Positions 10,072-19,896 of a stretch of DNA of 64,000 bases are shown one piece after another (position 1 is the stretch's first letter; every line of letters begins with the position of its first letter). The notes beneath the pieces were generated by a model that was not told the DNA's origin, ran no database searches, and was given only the letters and a program-made list of their open reading frames with translations. Source of the stretch: Synechococcus sp. (lineage in GTDB: Bacteria > Cyanobacteriota > Cyanobacteriia > PCC-6307 > Cyanobiaceae); assembly GCA_047285805.1 (NCBI GenBank), contig JBJBCN010000002.1, positions 576,001 through 640,000 on the forward strand, given 5' to 3'. The position numbers were made by a program, and so were the translations under genes.

Positions 10072-10788
10072 ATGGGAACCTCGGCCGCTGTCGATCTCAA
10101 GGAGCTCTCCCATTTCTATGGAACGGGATCCATGCGCCGTCAGGTGCTTCAGGGCGTCAATCTGACCGTCGCCGCTGGGGAGGTTGTCCTGCTGACGGGA
10201 CCCTCGGGTTGCGGCAAGACCACCCTCTTAACCCTGGTCGGTGCCCTTCGCTCAGTTCAAGAGGGATCGGTGCAGGTCTTGGGTCAAGAACTGGCCGGAG
10301 CGACCCGGCGTGAGCGCCAGCGTCTTCGCCGCTCGATCGGCATGATTTTTCAAGGCCACAACCTATTGCGCTGCCTGACGGCTGAACAGAACGTGCAAAT
10401 GGGTTCTGATCTTCTACCGGGGTTGAGTTACCGGGCCCGACGTGATCAATCCCAGGAATGGTTGCGGTCTGTGGGTCTCGGGTACGAGCTCAACAAATTG
10501 CCCCATAACCTCTCCGGCGGTCAAAAGCAACGGGTGGCCATCGCCCGTGCCCTGGCGGCCCATCCCAGTCTGCTGTTGGCGGACGAGCCGACGGCGGCGT
10601 TGGATTCGCAAACCGGTCGTGAAGTCGTGCAGCTGCTGCGACGTCTCGCCCGTGACCAAGGCTGTGCAGTCCTGATGGTCACCCATGATCCGCGGATTTT
10701 GGATATCGCGGATCGTTTGGTCCGGATGGAGGACGGCCATCTGTTTGAGGACGGGAAGCCTGCGGTCAGCGCCACACATTGGGGGTGA
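10072..10788 (+). CDS. devA: DevA ABC exporter ATPase
   Basis: Walker A GPSGCGKT, LSGGQKQRVAIARAL, LADEPT. Confidence 0.93.
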   Translation: MGTSAAVDLKELSHFYGTGSMRRQVLQGVNLTVAAGEVVLLTGPSGCGKTTLLTLVGALRSVQEGSVQVLGQELAGATRRERQRLRRSIGMIFQGHNLLRCLTAEQNVQMGSDLLPGLSYRARRDQSQEWLRSVGLGYELNKLPHNLSGGQKQRVAIARALAAHPSLLLADEPTAALDSQTGREVVQLLRRLARDQGCAVLMVTHDPRILDIADRLVRMEDGHLFEDGKPAVSATHWG

Positions 10789-10829
10789 TTCAGTACTGTG
10801 GTGACTTACCCGAACTATCCGCCGTTTCG

Positions 10830-10985
10830 ATGGCCAAACGCCGCAACCTCAAGAAGGAAAAGCAAGAGCGCAACCGCGCATACGCCCGCAAGTTCAAAAA
10901 GCGGAAGATGCGTAACGATGGGCGTGGCGAAGGTGCTGGCAACGGAGTGACCGGTACCGCCAACAACGGTGGCGCAGCCGACTGA
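10830..10985 (+). CDS. 51-aa K/R-rich small protein of unknown function
   Basis: MAKRRNLKKEKQERNRAYARKFKKRKMR then Gly/Asn-rich tail; codon usage resembles rpsB/tsf; followed by a terminator. Confidence 0.75.
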   Translation: MAKRRNLKKEKQERNRAYARKFKKRKMRNDGRGEGAGNGVTGTANNGGAAD

Positions 10986-11010
10986 TCTTCAGACCGAACC
11001 TGACCGCAAC

Positions 11011-11036
11011 GGGATCCTGATGGATCCCTTTTTTTT
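11011..11036 (+). terminator. Rho-independent terminator
   Basis: GGGATCC-TGAT-GGATCCC then T8. Confidence 0.85.
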
Positions 11037-11057
11037 GCTACATCTGTCGACCTGGCC

Positions 11058-11990
11058 ATGTTTCTCAGCGTCGTCATCCCCACCTACAACCGTCTGCCGA
11101 TCCTCGAGAAGTGCCTTCGGGCCCTCGAACGGCAGCGACTGACTGCGGCGATCAGCGACTACGAAGTGGTCGTCGTGGATGACGGCTCCACCGACGAAAC
11201 GGTGTCCTGGGTCCGCCAGCATCAGGCTGAACTCCCACATGTCCGCTTGATTCAGCAGGACCACGGTGGCCCTGCAGAGGGTCGTAACCGGGGTGTGGAC
11301 CATGCCCGCGGTGACGTCATTGTTTTTATCGACAGTGATCTGGTCGTCACTGAGGAGTTCCTCCTCAGCCATGCCACCGCACTCCAGGCCAGTTGGCAGG
11401 AGAGAGGCAACCGCCTCTGCTTCACCTACGGAGCCGTGATCAACACGGCGAATTTCGAAGATCCCACCAGCGAACCCCATAAGCTTCGCGACCTCTCCTG
11501 GGCCTATTTCGCGACAGGCAACGTCGCGATTGATCGCGAGGTTCTCGAGCGTAGTGGTCTCTTTGACACGCGCTTCCGCCTCTACGGCTGGGAGGACCTG
11601 GAGCTTGGAGAGCGGCTTCGCCAGATGAATGTTGTGCTTGTGCGCTGCCCGTCTGCGGTCGGTTATCACTGGCACCCGCCCCTGAGCCTCGAGCAGGTTC
11701 CCCGCCTCATTGCCGTCGAGGGTGAGCGGGCCAAGATGGGACTCGTTTTCTACAAAAAACACCCCACCCGCCGGGTGCGCTTCATTATTCAGTTCACAGT
11801 CCTCCACCGGATCCTTTGGGAAGTGTTGACCCTTGGAGGCCTGGTCAACGAGCGCAGCCTGAGTCCGCTATTGGCTTGGATGATTCGCAAGGGCCAGGCG
11901 GCATGGGCCATGGAGCTGCTGCGCCTTCCCTTGAATCGCATCGGTGTGCGAGCGCTCTACGCCGAAGCGCGTGCCGCGGGTTTGCGCTGA
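11058..11990 (+). CDS. Family 2 glycosyltransferase
   Basis: SVVIPTYNR, VVDDGSTD, FIDSD, YGWEDLELG. Confidence 0.9.
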   Translation: MFLSVVIPTYNRLPILEKCLRALERQRLTAAISDYEVVVVDDGSTDETVSWVRQHQAELPHVRLIQQDHGGPAEGRNRGVDHARGDVIVFIDSDLVVTEEFLLSHATALQASWQERGNRLCFTYGAVINTANFEDPTSEPHKLRDLSWAYFATGNVAIDREVLERSGLFDTRFRLYGWEDLELGERLRQMNVVLVRCPSAVGYHWHPPLSLEQVPRLIAVEGERAKMGLVFYKKHPTRRVRFIIQFTVLHRILWEVLTLGGLVNERSLSPLLAWMIRKGQAAWAMELLRLPLNRIGVRALYAEARAAGLR

Positions 11991-12042
11991 GTGCTCTCTA
12001 GGGAGTCCTGGTGGGCTGTTTGGTAATGTTATTAGGCATTTT

Positions 12043-12140
12043 CACACCGCACACCTGCGCGTTTCGGGTGATCAACCGGTGATGCAGGTTCACCCTGTTC
12101 GGTCGGTCCCTGGCAGGTGGAGGCAAACCCGAAACCTAAA
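12043..12140 (+). promoter_or_regulatory. rpsB 5' leader (S2 autoregulatory RNA structure)
   Basis: CACCTGC(12052)/GCAGGTG(12113) and GTTTCGGGT(12061)/ACCCGAAAC(12127) interleaved pairings. Confidence 0.7.
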
Positions 12141-12146
12141 CAAAAC

Positions 12147-12866
12147 ATGGCTGTTGTCACTCTCGCCGAAATGATGGAGGCGGGTGCTCACTTTGGGCAC
12201 CAAACCCGCCGTTGGAACCCCAAGATGTCGCGCTACATCTACTGCGCGCGCAACGGTGTCCACATCATCGATCTCGTGCAAACCGCGGTTTGCATGAACA
12301 ACGCCTACAAGTGGGTGCGTAGTGCTGCACGCAGCGGCAAGCGCTTCCTCTTTGTTGGCACCAAGAAGCAGGCCTCCGAGGTGATCGCCCTGGAAGCCAG
12401 CCGCTGCGGCGCGTCCTACGTGAACCAGCGCTGGCTGGGCGGCATGCTCACCAACTGGACCACGATGCGCGCACGTATCGACCGTCTGAAGGACCTCGAG
12501 CGGATGGAGTCCTCGGGCGCTATCGCGATGCGTCCCAAGAAGGAAGCAGCCGTTCTGCGTCGTGAGCTTGATCGTCTGCAGAAGTACTTGGGCGGTCTGA
12601 AGAACATGCGCCGTCTCCCCGATGTGGTGGTTCTGGTGGACCAGCGCCGCGAGACCAACGCCGTGCTCGAGGCCCGCAAGCTGGACATCCCCCTGGTGTC
12701 GATGCTCGATACGAATTGCGATCCCGACCTCTGCGACGTGCCCATCCCCTGCAACGACGACGCTGTGCGCTCTGTGCAACTGGTGCTGGGACGCCTGGCT
12801 GACGCCATCAACGAAGGTCGTCATGGCTCCGCTGAGCAGGGCGGCTACGACGAAGCCCAGGCCTGA
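12147..12866 (+). CDS. rpsB: 30S ribosomal protein S2
   Basis: [36 protein letters not shown]. Confidence 0.99.
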   Translation: MAVVTLAEMMEAGAHFGHQTRRWNPKMSRYIYCARNGVHIIDLVQTAVCMNNAYKWVRSAARSGKRFLFVGTKKQASEVIALEASRCGASYVNQRWLGGMLTNWTTMRARIDRLKDLERMESSGAIAMRPKKEAAVLRRELDRLQKYLGGLKNMRRLPDVVVLVDQRRETNAVLEARKLDIPLVSMLDTNCDPDLCDVPIPCNDDAVRSVQLVLGRLADAINEGRHGSAEQGGYDEAQA

Positions 12867-12971
12867 TTCGCCTCTGACCCCAGTGCTTGATGCCAAGAGC
12901 TTTCCTTCGGGGAGGCTCCTCGCTTTTGAGCCTCTGTCTTGATTTCCACCTCTTCATCACCGCGATTACCC

Positions 12972-13628
12972 ATGGCTGAGATTTCCGCCAAGCTCGTCAA
13001 AGAACTGCGTGACATGACCGGCGCAGGCATGATGGATTGCAAGAAGGCCCTCAAGGAGACCGAGGGTGACAAGGACAAGGCCGTAGAGTGGCTTCGTCAG
13101 AAAGGCATTGCTTCCGCCGAGAAGAAGTCAGGTCGTGCCGCTGCTGAAGGTGCTATCGGCAGTTACATCCACACTGGCGCTCGTGTGGGTGTCCTTGTGG
13201 AAGTCAACTGCGAGACCGACTTCGTGGCCCGCGGCGAGATCTTCCAGGAGCTGGTCCGCAATGTGGCGATGCAGGTTGCTGCGTGCCCCAACGTTGATTT
13301 TGTCAAGGTCGACGACATCCCCGCTGAAGTCGCTGAGCGCGAGAAGCATATTGAGATGGGTCGTGATGACCTCGCGGGCAAGAAGGAAGAGATGAAGGTG
13401 AAGATCGTTGCTGGCCGTATCGGCAAGCGACTCAAGGAAATGTCCCTCCTGGATCAGCCCTACATCAAAGACAGCAGCATGACCGTTGACCAGCTCGTCA
13501 AGGAAGTCTCCGGCAAGATCGGAGAGAATATCCAGGTTCGCCGCTTCGTTCGCTTCAACTTGGGCGAAGGCATCGAGATCGAGCAGATGGATTTCGCTGC
13601 TGAAGTGGCTGCCATGCAGGCTGCCTGA
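12972..13628 (+). CDS. tsf: Elongation factor Ts (short form)
   Basis: [29 protein letters not shown]. Confidence 0.99.
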   Translation: MAEISAKLVKELRDMTGAGMMDCKKALKETEGDKDKAVEWLRQKGIASAEKKSGRAAAEGAIGSYIHTGARVGVLVEVNCETDFVARGEIFQELVRNVAMQVAACPNVDFVKVDDIPAEVAEREKHIEMGRDDLAGKKEEMKVKIVAGRIGKRLKEMSLLDQPYIKDSSMTVDQLVKEVSGKIGENIQVRRFVRFNLGEGIEIEQMDFAAEVAAMQAA

Positions 13629-13654
13629 CCGGGAGCACCCCTTTCAGCGCACTG

Positions 13655-14836
13655 TTGGTGGACTCCAACGTTCGATCCCTCGACGAGGCCAAGTTGCAAC
13701 TCCTCTCGCTGCTTGCGCAGCAGGAGGAGTTCACTCCGGTCCTCTACCGCGATTTGGCTCTGTATCTTCAGGTCCTGCGAGATGGCCTGCTGCACAGCGT
13801 GCAGCAGGCCTGTTTTCATTTGGCCACCCAGGTGGTTCCTGAGCGTTACAACCAGCTTCCCCAAGAGCGCCGGGAGATGTTCCAACGCCGTCTTCAGAGC
13901 TTGGTCAAGCGCTCCTGCTCCTTGTTGACGGTCGAGCAGGTGATGGGTCTGGCCACCCAACAGGCTCGCAAGCAGGAGCGCCGGCAACTGCAGGAACAGC
14001 AAAAGATTCTCCAAACGATGCTTGAGGGTCGTGAGGCTGCTGATGCGTCGGCCCCTGTCGAACCCAGCCTTGAGCCTCAATCGGTCAACTTGAGCCTGGA
14101 ATTGCCGCTGGCAGCTGATCTCTTTGACAGTGGTGTCCCCGGTCTGCCCTCCCTGAGCCAACACCAGCGGTCCAGCGAGGAGCAAGCCAACCCACCAGAG
14201 TCGGCTCCCCCCGAAGGAGATTTGGCGCTGCTGCAGTCCCTCTTCACGATGGCCTCGGAGACCCTCTCCGCCGCAGCACCGGAGATTGCGGAGGAGGACG
14301 ACGACACTCAGATCAGTAGCGACTCTCTCTTTGGTTCATCGTCGTCAGCTGTCACCCGTTCGCAGTTACCCAAGGACCCATTGCTGCAGATCCGCTGGTG
14401 GGCGCACTTCGATCGTGCCCTGCGCCGCCGCCTCCGCAACCTCTCCCATGCCATCAACGTGGAGATGATGCGGGTCGGTTTGGCCCAAGGCCTACTGCCC
14501 TTGAACCTCTTGGATGCGGTCTTAGACGGACAAGTGGAGGCCCTTCCTGCCCCCGCAAACGTCTTGCGGATTGCGCTGCCGCTTTCCCTGAATCCGGGAT
14601 CCCAAGCCAGCGCCCCGACTGAGGTCATGACCCTGCTGCTGCGCAGCGCTGATCTGGAGTTTGAGCAACCCCGTTTGCGAACCTGCCGCCAGCGGCTCGA
14701 ACAGCGGCGCCGCACATTGCGCACAATGGCCAAGCGGTATCGAACCTGGCAGCGCCGGGTTCGTGCCCTCGAAGCAGAGCAGCAGTGGTTCCAGGACAGT
14801 TCCCCACCCCAGGATCCAGCGGCGGATCGCACCTAG
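13655..14836 (+). CDS. Hypothetical protein (helical/coiled-coil) between tsf and recG
   Basis: 393-aa ORF filling the tsf-recG gap; no recognisable catalytic motif. Confidence 0.75.
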   Translation: MVDSNVRSLDEAKLQLLSLLAQQEEFTPVLYRDLALYLQVLRDGLLHSVQQACFHLATQVVPERYNQLPQERREMFQRRLQSLVKRSCSLLTVEQVMGLATQQARKQERRQLQEQQKILQTMLEGREAADASAPVEPSLEPQSVNLSLELPLAADLFDSGVPGLPSLSQHQRSSEEQANPPESAPPEGDLALLQSLFTMASETLSAAAPEIAEEDDDTQISSDSLFGSSSSAVTRSQLPKDPLLQIRWWAHFDRALRRRLRNLSHAINVEMMRVGLAQGLLPLNLLDAVLDGQVEALPAPANVLRIALPLSLNPGSQASAPTEVMTLLLRSADLEFEQPRLRTCRQRLEQRRRTLRTMAKRYRTWQRRVRALEAEQQWFQDSSPPQDPAADRT

Positions 14837-17289
14837 CGGTCCAGGCTTGGCTGCGTCCTCTGCAACAGGCTCTGCAGCTCGAGGCTGACCGCGGCTTTGA
14901 GGATTTGCTGGGACGCAAGGAGCGCTTTAGTGGTTTTCTCCAGCGGGCCTTGGCGGCCCCACCGGAGGACCTGGACGTCCAGCGCTTTTCTGGACTGCGG
15001 GTGTTGGCCAGCGATTTTTCCCGCTACGGGGAGTTGAGCCAGTCCCGCCGGCAGAGCTTGGTTCGACGCAGTCGTCAGTACCTCTTCGAACTGCAACGGG
15101 CCGTTCAACCAGTCCAGCCGGTTGCCCCGCCCAGGCTGCGAGTTGTTTCCGCCGCTCCCTCGGGTAACCCTATGCCTGAGCAGGTCATTCGCCCAGAGAC
15201 CCCCTTGAGTGAGGTCCGCGGTGTGGGCCCTAAAAGTGCGACCCGGCTCGCAGCCCTTGACCTTTGGCTGGCACGGGATCTGGTGCGCTACTACCCAAGG
15301 GACTACCTTGACTACGCCAATTTGGTCCGTATTGCGGGTCTCGAGCCAGGCAAGACAGCCACCATCGTCGCCACGGTCCGACGAAGCCACAGCTTCACCA
15401 GCCCGCGCAACCCCAACCTCTCGATCCTGGAGTTGCATCTGGCCGATGTCACGGGTCGCATTCGGGTCTCCAAATTCTTCGCGGGTAAACGCTTCAGCTC
15501 GCCCGCATGGCTGAAGGCTCAGCAGCGCAACTACCCCGTTGGGGCCTCCATGGCCATCAGCGGCCTGGTCAAGGAGACGCCCTATGGCCCTGCTTTTCAG
15601 GACCCTTTGATGGAGGTCCTCGATAGCCCGTCGGCAACGGTCCGTAGTGAGCAGATTGGACGCTTGCTCCCGGTTTACGGCCTGACGGAGGGATTGACGG
15701 CCGACCGGCTCCGCAACCTGATTCGCCCGGTGTTGGCGGCCGCGCGCCATTGGGGGGATCCCCTTCCCGCTGATGTGCTGGACCGTGAAGGACTGGTGAC
15801 GCTGCCGGATGCCCTGCTCCAGATCCACGGGCCGAGCAACCAGGAGAGCTTGAGTGCGGCCCGCCATCGCTTGGTTTTTGACGAATTCCTCGTTCTGCAG
15901 CTCGGTTTGCTGCAACGGCGACGCCAGCTGACCAATCGCCCGGCCCCGGCTTTGGCGTTGGAGGGCGACTCGTTGCTTCACGCCTTCCTCGAGCTGTTGC
16001 CCTTTCCCCTTACGGGCGCCCAACAGCGTGTCCTGGCCGAGATCCGCGCCGACCTCTGCCGCGATCAACCCATGGCCCGTTTGGTTCAGGGCGATGTCGG
16101 CAGTGGCAAAACCGTGGTGGCTATCGCCGCGCTGCTCACGGCCATTAATTCCGGCTGCCAAGGGGCCCTAATGGCCCCCACTGAGGTTCTGGCCGAACAG
16201 CACTACCGCAAGCTCTGCGAGTGGCTGCCGCAATTGCATGTCACCTGCGCCCTGTTGACCGGTTCAACACCGCTGCGCCGGCGCCGTGAACTCCTTGCGG
16301 ATTTGGCCAACGGCACCTTGAAGATGCTTGTGGGCACCCATGCTCTCTTGGAAGACCCGGTCCAGTTTCAGCGGTTGGGCCTGGTGGTCGTCGATGAGCA
16401 ACACCGCTTTGGCGTTCATCAGCGCAACCGACTGCTCGACAAGGGACTGCAGCCCCATCTCTTGACGATGACGGCCACGCCAATCCCCAGGACCTTGGCC
16501 CTCTCGATCCATGGCGACCTGGATGTCAGCCAGATCGATGAATTGCCGCCCGGGCGTACGCCGATTCGCACAAGCCTTTTGGCGGCTGCCGGCCGGGATG
16601 AGGCCTACCACTTGATTCGCGAGCAGGTGGCCCTAGGCCAACGGGCCTATGTCGTTCTTCCCCTGGTGGAGGAATCGGAGAAGCTCGATTTGCGCTCCGC
16701 CGTTGATGTCCATCAACAACTCAGCGAGCTGGTCTTCCCCAACCTTCAAGTCGGATTGCTGCATGGCCGCATGCCCAGTGCGGAGAAGCAAGCGGCCATT
16801 ACGGCGTTTGCCAGTGGCGAGACCCAGGTGCTGGTCAGCACCACCGTGGTCGAGGTGGGTGTGGATGTGCCGGAGGCCAGTGTGATGGTGATCGACCACG
16901 CCGATCGCTTTGGACTGGCCCAGCTGCACCAGTTGCGGGGTCGGGTTGGGCGTGGCGCAGCGGCCTCCTACTGCCTGCTGGTGAATGACAGTCGCAATGC
17001 CCTAGCCCGTCAGCGACTGGAAGTGTTGGTGCGCTCGAACGATGGGTTCGAAATTGCCGAGATGGACCTGCGCTTGCGTGGCCCTGGTCAGGTCCTGGGC
17101 ACCCGCCAGAGCGGTTTACCGGATTTGGCCCTCGCCAGCCTGACCGACGATGGGGAGGTGCTCGAGCAGGCCCGCCGGGTCGCGCAAGAGATCGTCTCCG
17201 TGGACCCCGATCTGGCGCAACATTCCGGTCTTGCCAGAGTGCTGAGCGACCAGCAACACCGGGTCGCCCAAGCCGCCCGTTTGAACTGA
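14785..17289 (+). CDS. recG: ATP-dependent DNA helicase RecG
   Basis: QGDVGSGKT, DEQHRFG, MTATPIPRTL, LHQLRGRVGRG; start approximate. Confidence 0.97.
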   Translation: MVPGQFPTPGSSGGSHLAVQAWLRPLQQALQLEADRGFEDLLGRKERFSGFLQRALAAPPEDLDVQRFSGLRVLASDFSRYGELSQSRRQSLVRRSRQYLFELQRAVQPVQPVAPPRLRVVSAAPSGNPMPEQVIRPETPLSEVRGVGPKSATRLAALDLWLARDLVRYYPRDYLDYANLVRIAGLEPGKTATIVATVRRSHSFTSPRNPNLSILELHLADVTGRIRVSKFFAGKRFSSPAWLKAQQRNYPVGASMAISGLVKETPYGPAFQDPLMEVLDSPSATVRSEQIGRLLPVYGLTEGLTADRLRNLIRPVLAAARHWGDPLPADVLDREGLVTLPDALLQIHGPSNQESLSAARHRLVFDEFLVLQLGLLQRRRQLTNRPAPALALEGDSLLHAFLELLPFPLTGAQQRVLAEIRADLCRDQPMARLVQGDVGSGKTVVAIAALLTAINSGCQGALMAPTEVLAEQHYRKLCEWLPQLHVTCALLTGSTPLRRRRELLADLANGTLKMLVGTHALLEDPVQFQRLGLVVVDEQHRFGVHQRNRLLDKGLQPHLLTMTATPIPRTLALSIHGDLDVSQIDELPPGRTPIRTSLLAAAGRDEAYHLIREQVALGQRAYVVLPLVEESEKLDLRSAVDVHQQLSELVFPNLQVGLLHGRMPSAEKQAAITAFASGETQVLVSTTVVEVGVDVPEASVMVIDHADRFGLAQLHQLRGRVGRGAAASYCLLVNDSRNALARQRLEVLVRSNDGFEIAEMDLRLRGPGQVLGTRQSGLPDLALASLTDDGEVLEQARRVAQEIVSVDPDLAQHSGLARVLSDQQHRVAQAARLN

Positions 17290-18011
17290 TGCCCCTACGG
17301 CCTTGGAGTGTGGTCCCTATTTGCGATTGCGCTGAGTTGCTCGAGCCCTTGCCCGATGCCTTCTTCCGCATCGAGCCGCATCCCTACGCCGCCGTTGGTG
17401 CTCCCTATGGCGAGGGTGCCTCGCCCTTTCGCTTGCGCAGTGGTGTGATTCAGCGTCTCCTGCGGGCTCAGGAGACGCTGCAAGCCCAAGGCCTCGGCTA
17501 CCGACTGGCGATCTTCGATGCCTGGCGCCCGATCGCCGTGCAGCGCTTCATGGTCGAGTACACAATCGGCATCGAGTGCGCGGCGCAGGGATTAGATCCT
17601 GAGGAGGATCTCCCTGAAGTCCGTTCCGTGATCGAAGAGGTCGGACGCTTTTGGGCCCCCCCAAGCTTGGACCCCGAGACCCCTCCACCTCACAGCACGG
17701 GTGGGGCCGTCGACCTGACATTGCTGGATCGCTCTCAACAGCTCGTCGACATGGGTTCGGACATCGATGCCATTGGAGCGGTCTCAGAACCCAACCACTT
17801 CCTAGCGGTTGCTAAGAGCGCTGAAGACGGCACAGACCGCCAGCGCGCATTGGAGTGGGACCAGCGGCGCAGCCTGCTGGCCGATGCCATGGGGGCAGCT
17901 GGATTTGCGCAGCACCCCAACGAGTGGTGGCACTTCAGCTATGGCGATCAGCTGTGGGCCTGGCGCACCGGCCAGACCCTGGCGGTATATGGCCGCTCCT
18001 CAGAGGGCTGA
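17289..18011 (+). CDS. D-alanyl-D-alanine dipeptidase (M15D, DdpX/VanX-like)
   Basis: DAWRP, PPHSTGGAVDLTL, NEWWHFSYGD. Confidence 0.88.
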   Translation: MPLRPWSVVPICDCAELLEPLPDAFFRIEPHPYAAVGAPYGEGASPFRLRSGVIQRLLRAQETLQAQGLGYRLAIFDAWRPIAVQRFMVEYTIGIECAAQGLDPEEDLPEVRSVIEEVGRFWAPPSLDPETPPPHSTGGAVDLTLLDRSQQLVDMGSDIDAIGAVSEPNHFLAVAKSAEDGTDRQRALEWDQRRSLLADAMGAAGFAQHPNEWWHFSYGDQLWAWRTGQTLAVYGRSSEG

Positions 18012-19796
18012 ATTGACCAGCTCTTTGACCGACTCGCGTCCAAGCTTTGCTACATAGTCACCAAAGCTGCGGCGACCACCTGCCGCTTTCCAACCTTTCA
18101 GGAGCGGTTCGATTGTGCTCTCCAACTTTTCGAGGGGCATGCGTTCCAAGTAAGGCTCCGCCAGACGGCTGAGGTTCGGAGTTCCGCCCAGCCACAGTTG
18201 GTACTGATTGACACCATCGCCTACCAACCCCAGCTCCGCCATGTAGGGGCGGGCGCAACCGTTCGGGCAGCCCGTCATGCGCACGAGGATTGATTTCTCG
18301 ATCTCCAGGCGCCGCAGTTGTGCATCGAGACGCTCCAACACATCCGGAAGGATGCGTTCGGCTTCGGTGACCGCGAGACCGCACAGGGGGAGCGCCGGAC
18401 ATGCAATGGCATGGCGAGCCAGCAGGTCTGGAGCGTTCGGCGTTTCAACGCCAAGGCTGCTGAGGGCGTCTTTGACCGCAGCCCTTTGAGCCGTACCGAT
18501 ATTGCACAACAAGAGGTCCTGGTTCGGGGTCAACCGAATTTCCAGCTGATAGGTCTTAACCAGTTCACGCAAACCGCGCTTGAGATCACCGGAAAGACGC
18601 CCGCACAGCAGCGGAATGCCAACGAACCATTTGCCTGCACTGATGCGATGCCAGCCCAGGTAGTCCTCCAACTTGGCCTTGGGCTCAACGCGCAGTCCCT
18701 TGATGGGATGGGAGAAGTACTTGACCTTGAGTTCCTCCTTGAACCAGCCAATGCCCTGGTCGTGAATCAAATACTTCAGGCGGGCATGTCGCCGGTTGCT
18801 GCGGTCACCGTGATCCCGCTGCAGGGCAAGAATCGCCTGGACCAAGTCAAAGATGTGCGCCGCTGCCACATAGCCCAAGGGATCAGCGGTGCGGGCGAAG
18901 GTCTCTTCTTTTTTGTGGGTGCGGCCCATGCCACCACCCACATAGACATTGCAGCCCCGCAGTTCGCCATTGGCGTCGGCGAAGGCCACGAGGCCAATGT
19001 CTTGGGTCAGCAAGTCAACGGAGTTATCGCCGGGGACCGTGACGGCCACCTTGAATTTGCGCGGCAGGTAAGTGCCGCCGTAGAGGGGTTCGTTGGCATC
19101 ACCACTGAAGACGCCACCCTCGTGCTGGCGTGAACAGGCCTTCTTCACCGCCCGGGTGGGCTTGATCCGATAGCTGAGATCGCCGTCGACCCAGAGGTCG
19201 AGGTAACTGCCCTCGGCCGCTTGTGGGCTCAGGACATCGGCGATGTCATTGGCCAACTGACGAGCTGCTGGATACCCCCCCTTTTCAAAGGGGGCAGCCG
19301 GAGCCATGACATTCCGGTTGATATCGCCGCAGGCCGCCAGGGTGGAGCCCATCGAGCGGACGATGGTGCCGATGACCTCCTTGAGGTTGCTCTTGCGGAT
19401 GCCGTGCATCTGGAAGGCCTGGCGGGTCGTAGCCCTCAGGGTTCCGTTCCCCAGGCGATCCGCCAACTCATCCATGGCCAGGTAGAGGCCCGTCGAGATG
19501 CGTCCGGCAGGGCTGCGCAACCGCAGCATCATTTGCCAGTCCTTCTCCTGGCCCTTCTGGCGGTTTTCGCGGTTGTCCTGCTGGTAGCTGCCGTGGAACT
19601 TCAGGAGCTGAACGGCACCTTCACTGAAGTGGCTGAGGTCGTTCTCCAGCTCGGCAGCGAGAGGATCCTTGAGGTAGTCGCTGTCGGCCTTGAGCAGCTC
19701 AAACTTGGTGAGCTCTGCTCCAGTGGCGATCGAAGGGGAAAACGTCCGTTCCTCGGGGCTGTTTTGCTCTACGGACTGCCCTACGGACACGCTCAC
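18000..19796 (-). CDS. sir: Ferredoxin-dependent sulfite reductase
   Basis: LKFHGSYQQDNR, YLPRKFK, ACPALPLCGLA, MTGCPNGCARPY; real start near GTG 19796, not 20414. Confidence 0.95.
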   Translation of the reverse strand: MSVSVGQSVEQNSPEERTFSPSIATGAELTKFELLKADSDYLKDPLAAELENDLSHFSEGAVQLLKFHGSYQQDNRENRQKGQEKDWQMMLRLRSPAGRISTGLYLAMDELADRLGNGTLRATTRQAFQMHGIRKSNLKEVIGTIVRSMGSTLAACGDINRNVMAPAAPFEKGGYPAARQLANDIADVLSPQAAEGSYLDLWVDGDLSYRIKPTRAVKKACSRQHEGGVFSGDANEPLYGGTYLPRKFKVAVTVPGDNSVDLLTQDIGLVAFADANGELRGCNVYVGGGMGRTHKKEETFARTADPLGYVAAAHIFDLVQAILALQRDHGDRSNRRHARLKYLIHDQGIGWFKEELKVKYFSHPIKGLRVEPKAKLEDYLGWHRISAGKWFVGIPLLCGRLSGDLKRGLRELVKTYQLEIRLTPNQDLLLCNIGTAQRAAVKDALSSLGVETPNAPDLLARHAIACPALPLCGLAVTEAERILPDVLERLDAQLRRLEIEKSILVRMTGCPNGCARPYMAELGLVGDGVNQYQLWLGGTPNLSRLAEPYLERMPLEKLESTIEPLLKGWKAAGGRRSFGDYVAKLGRESVKELVNSAL

Positions 19797-19896
19797 GCAC
19801 CAGGTTCTGCTTGTTCTTCGAAGGTAGCGAAGCGCCGATCTAGCTTGGGACTGGGGCCGTTTCAATAAGCTGGGGGGCTGTCGAGACCCCCGCCCC

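Noticed and set aside
7972..10788. devBCA as evidence of heterocyst glycolipid export
   Set aside because: DevBCA-like exporters are widespread in unicellular cyanobacteria, and there are no heterocyst genes here.
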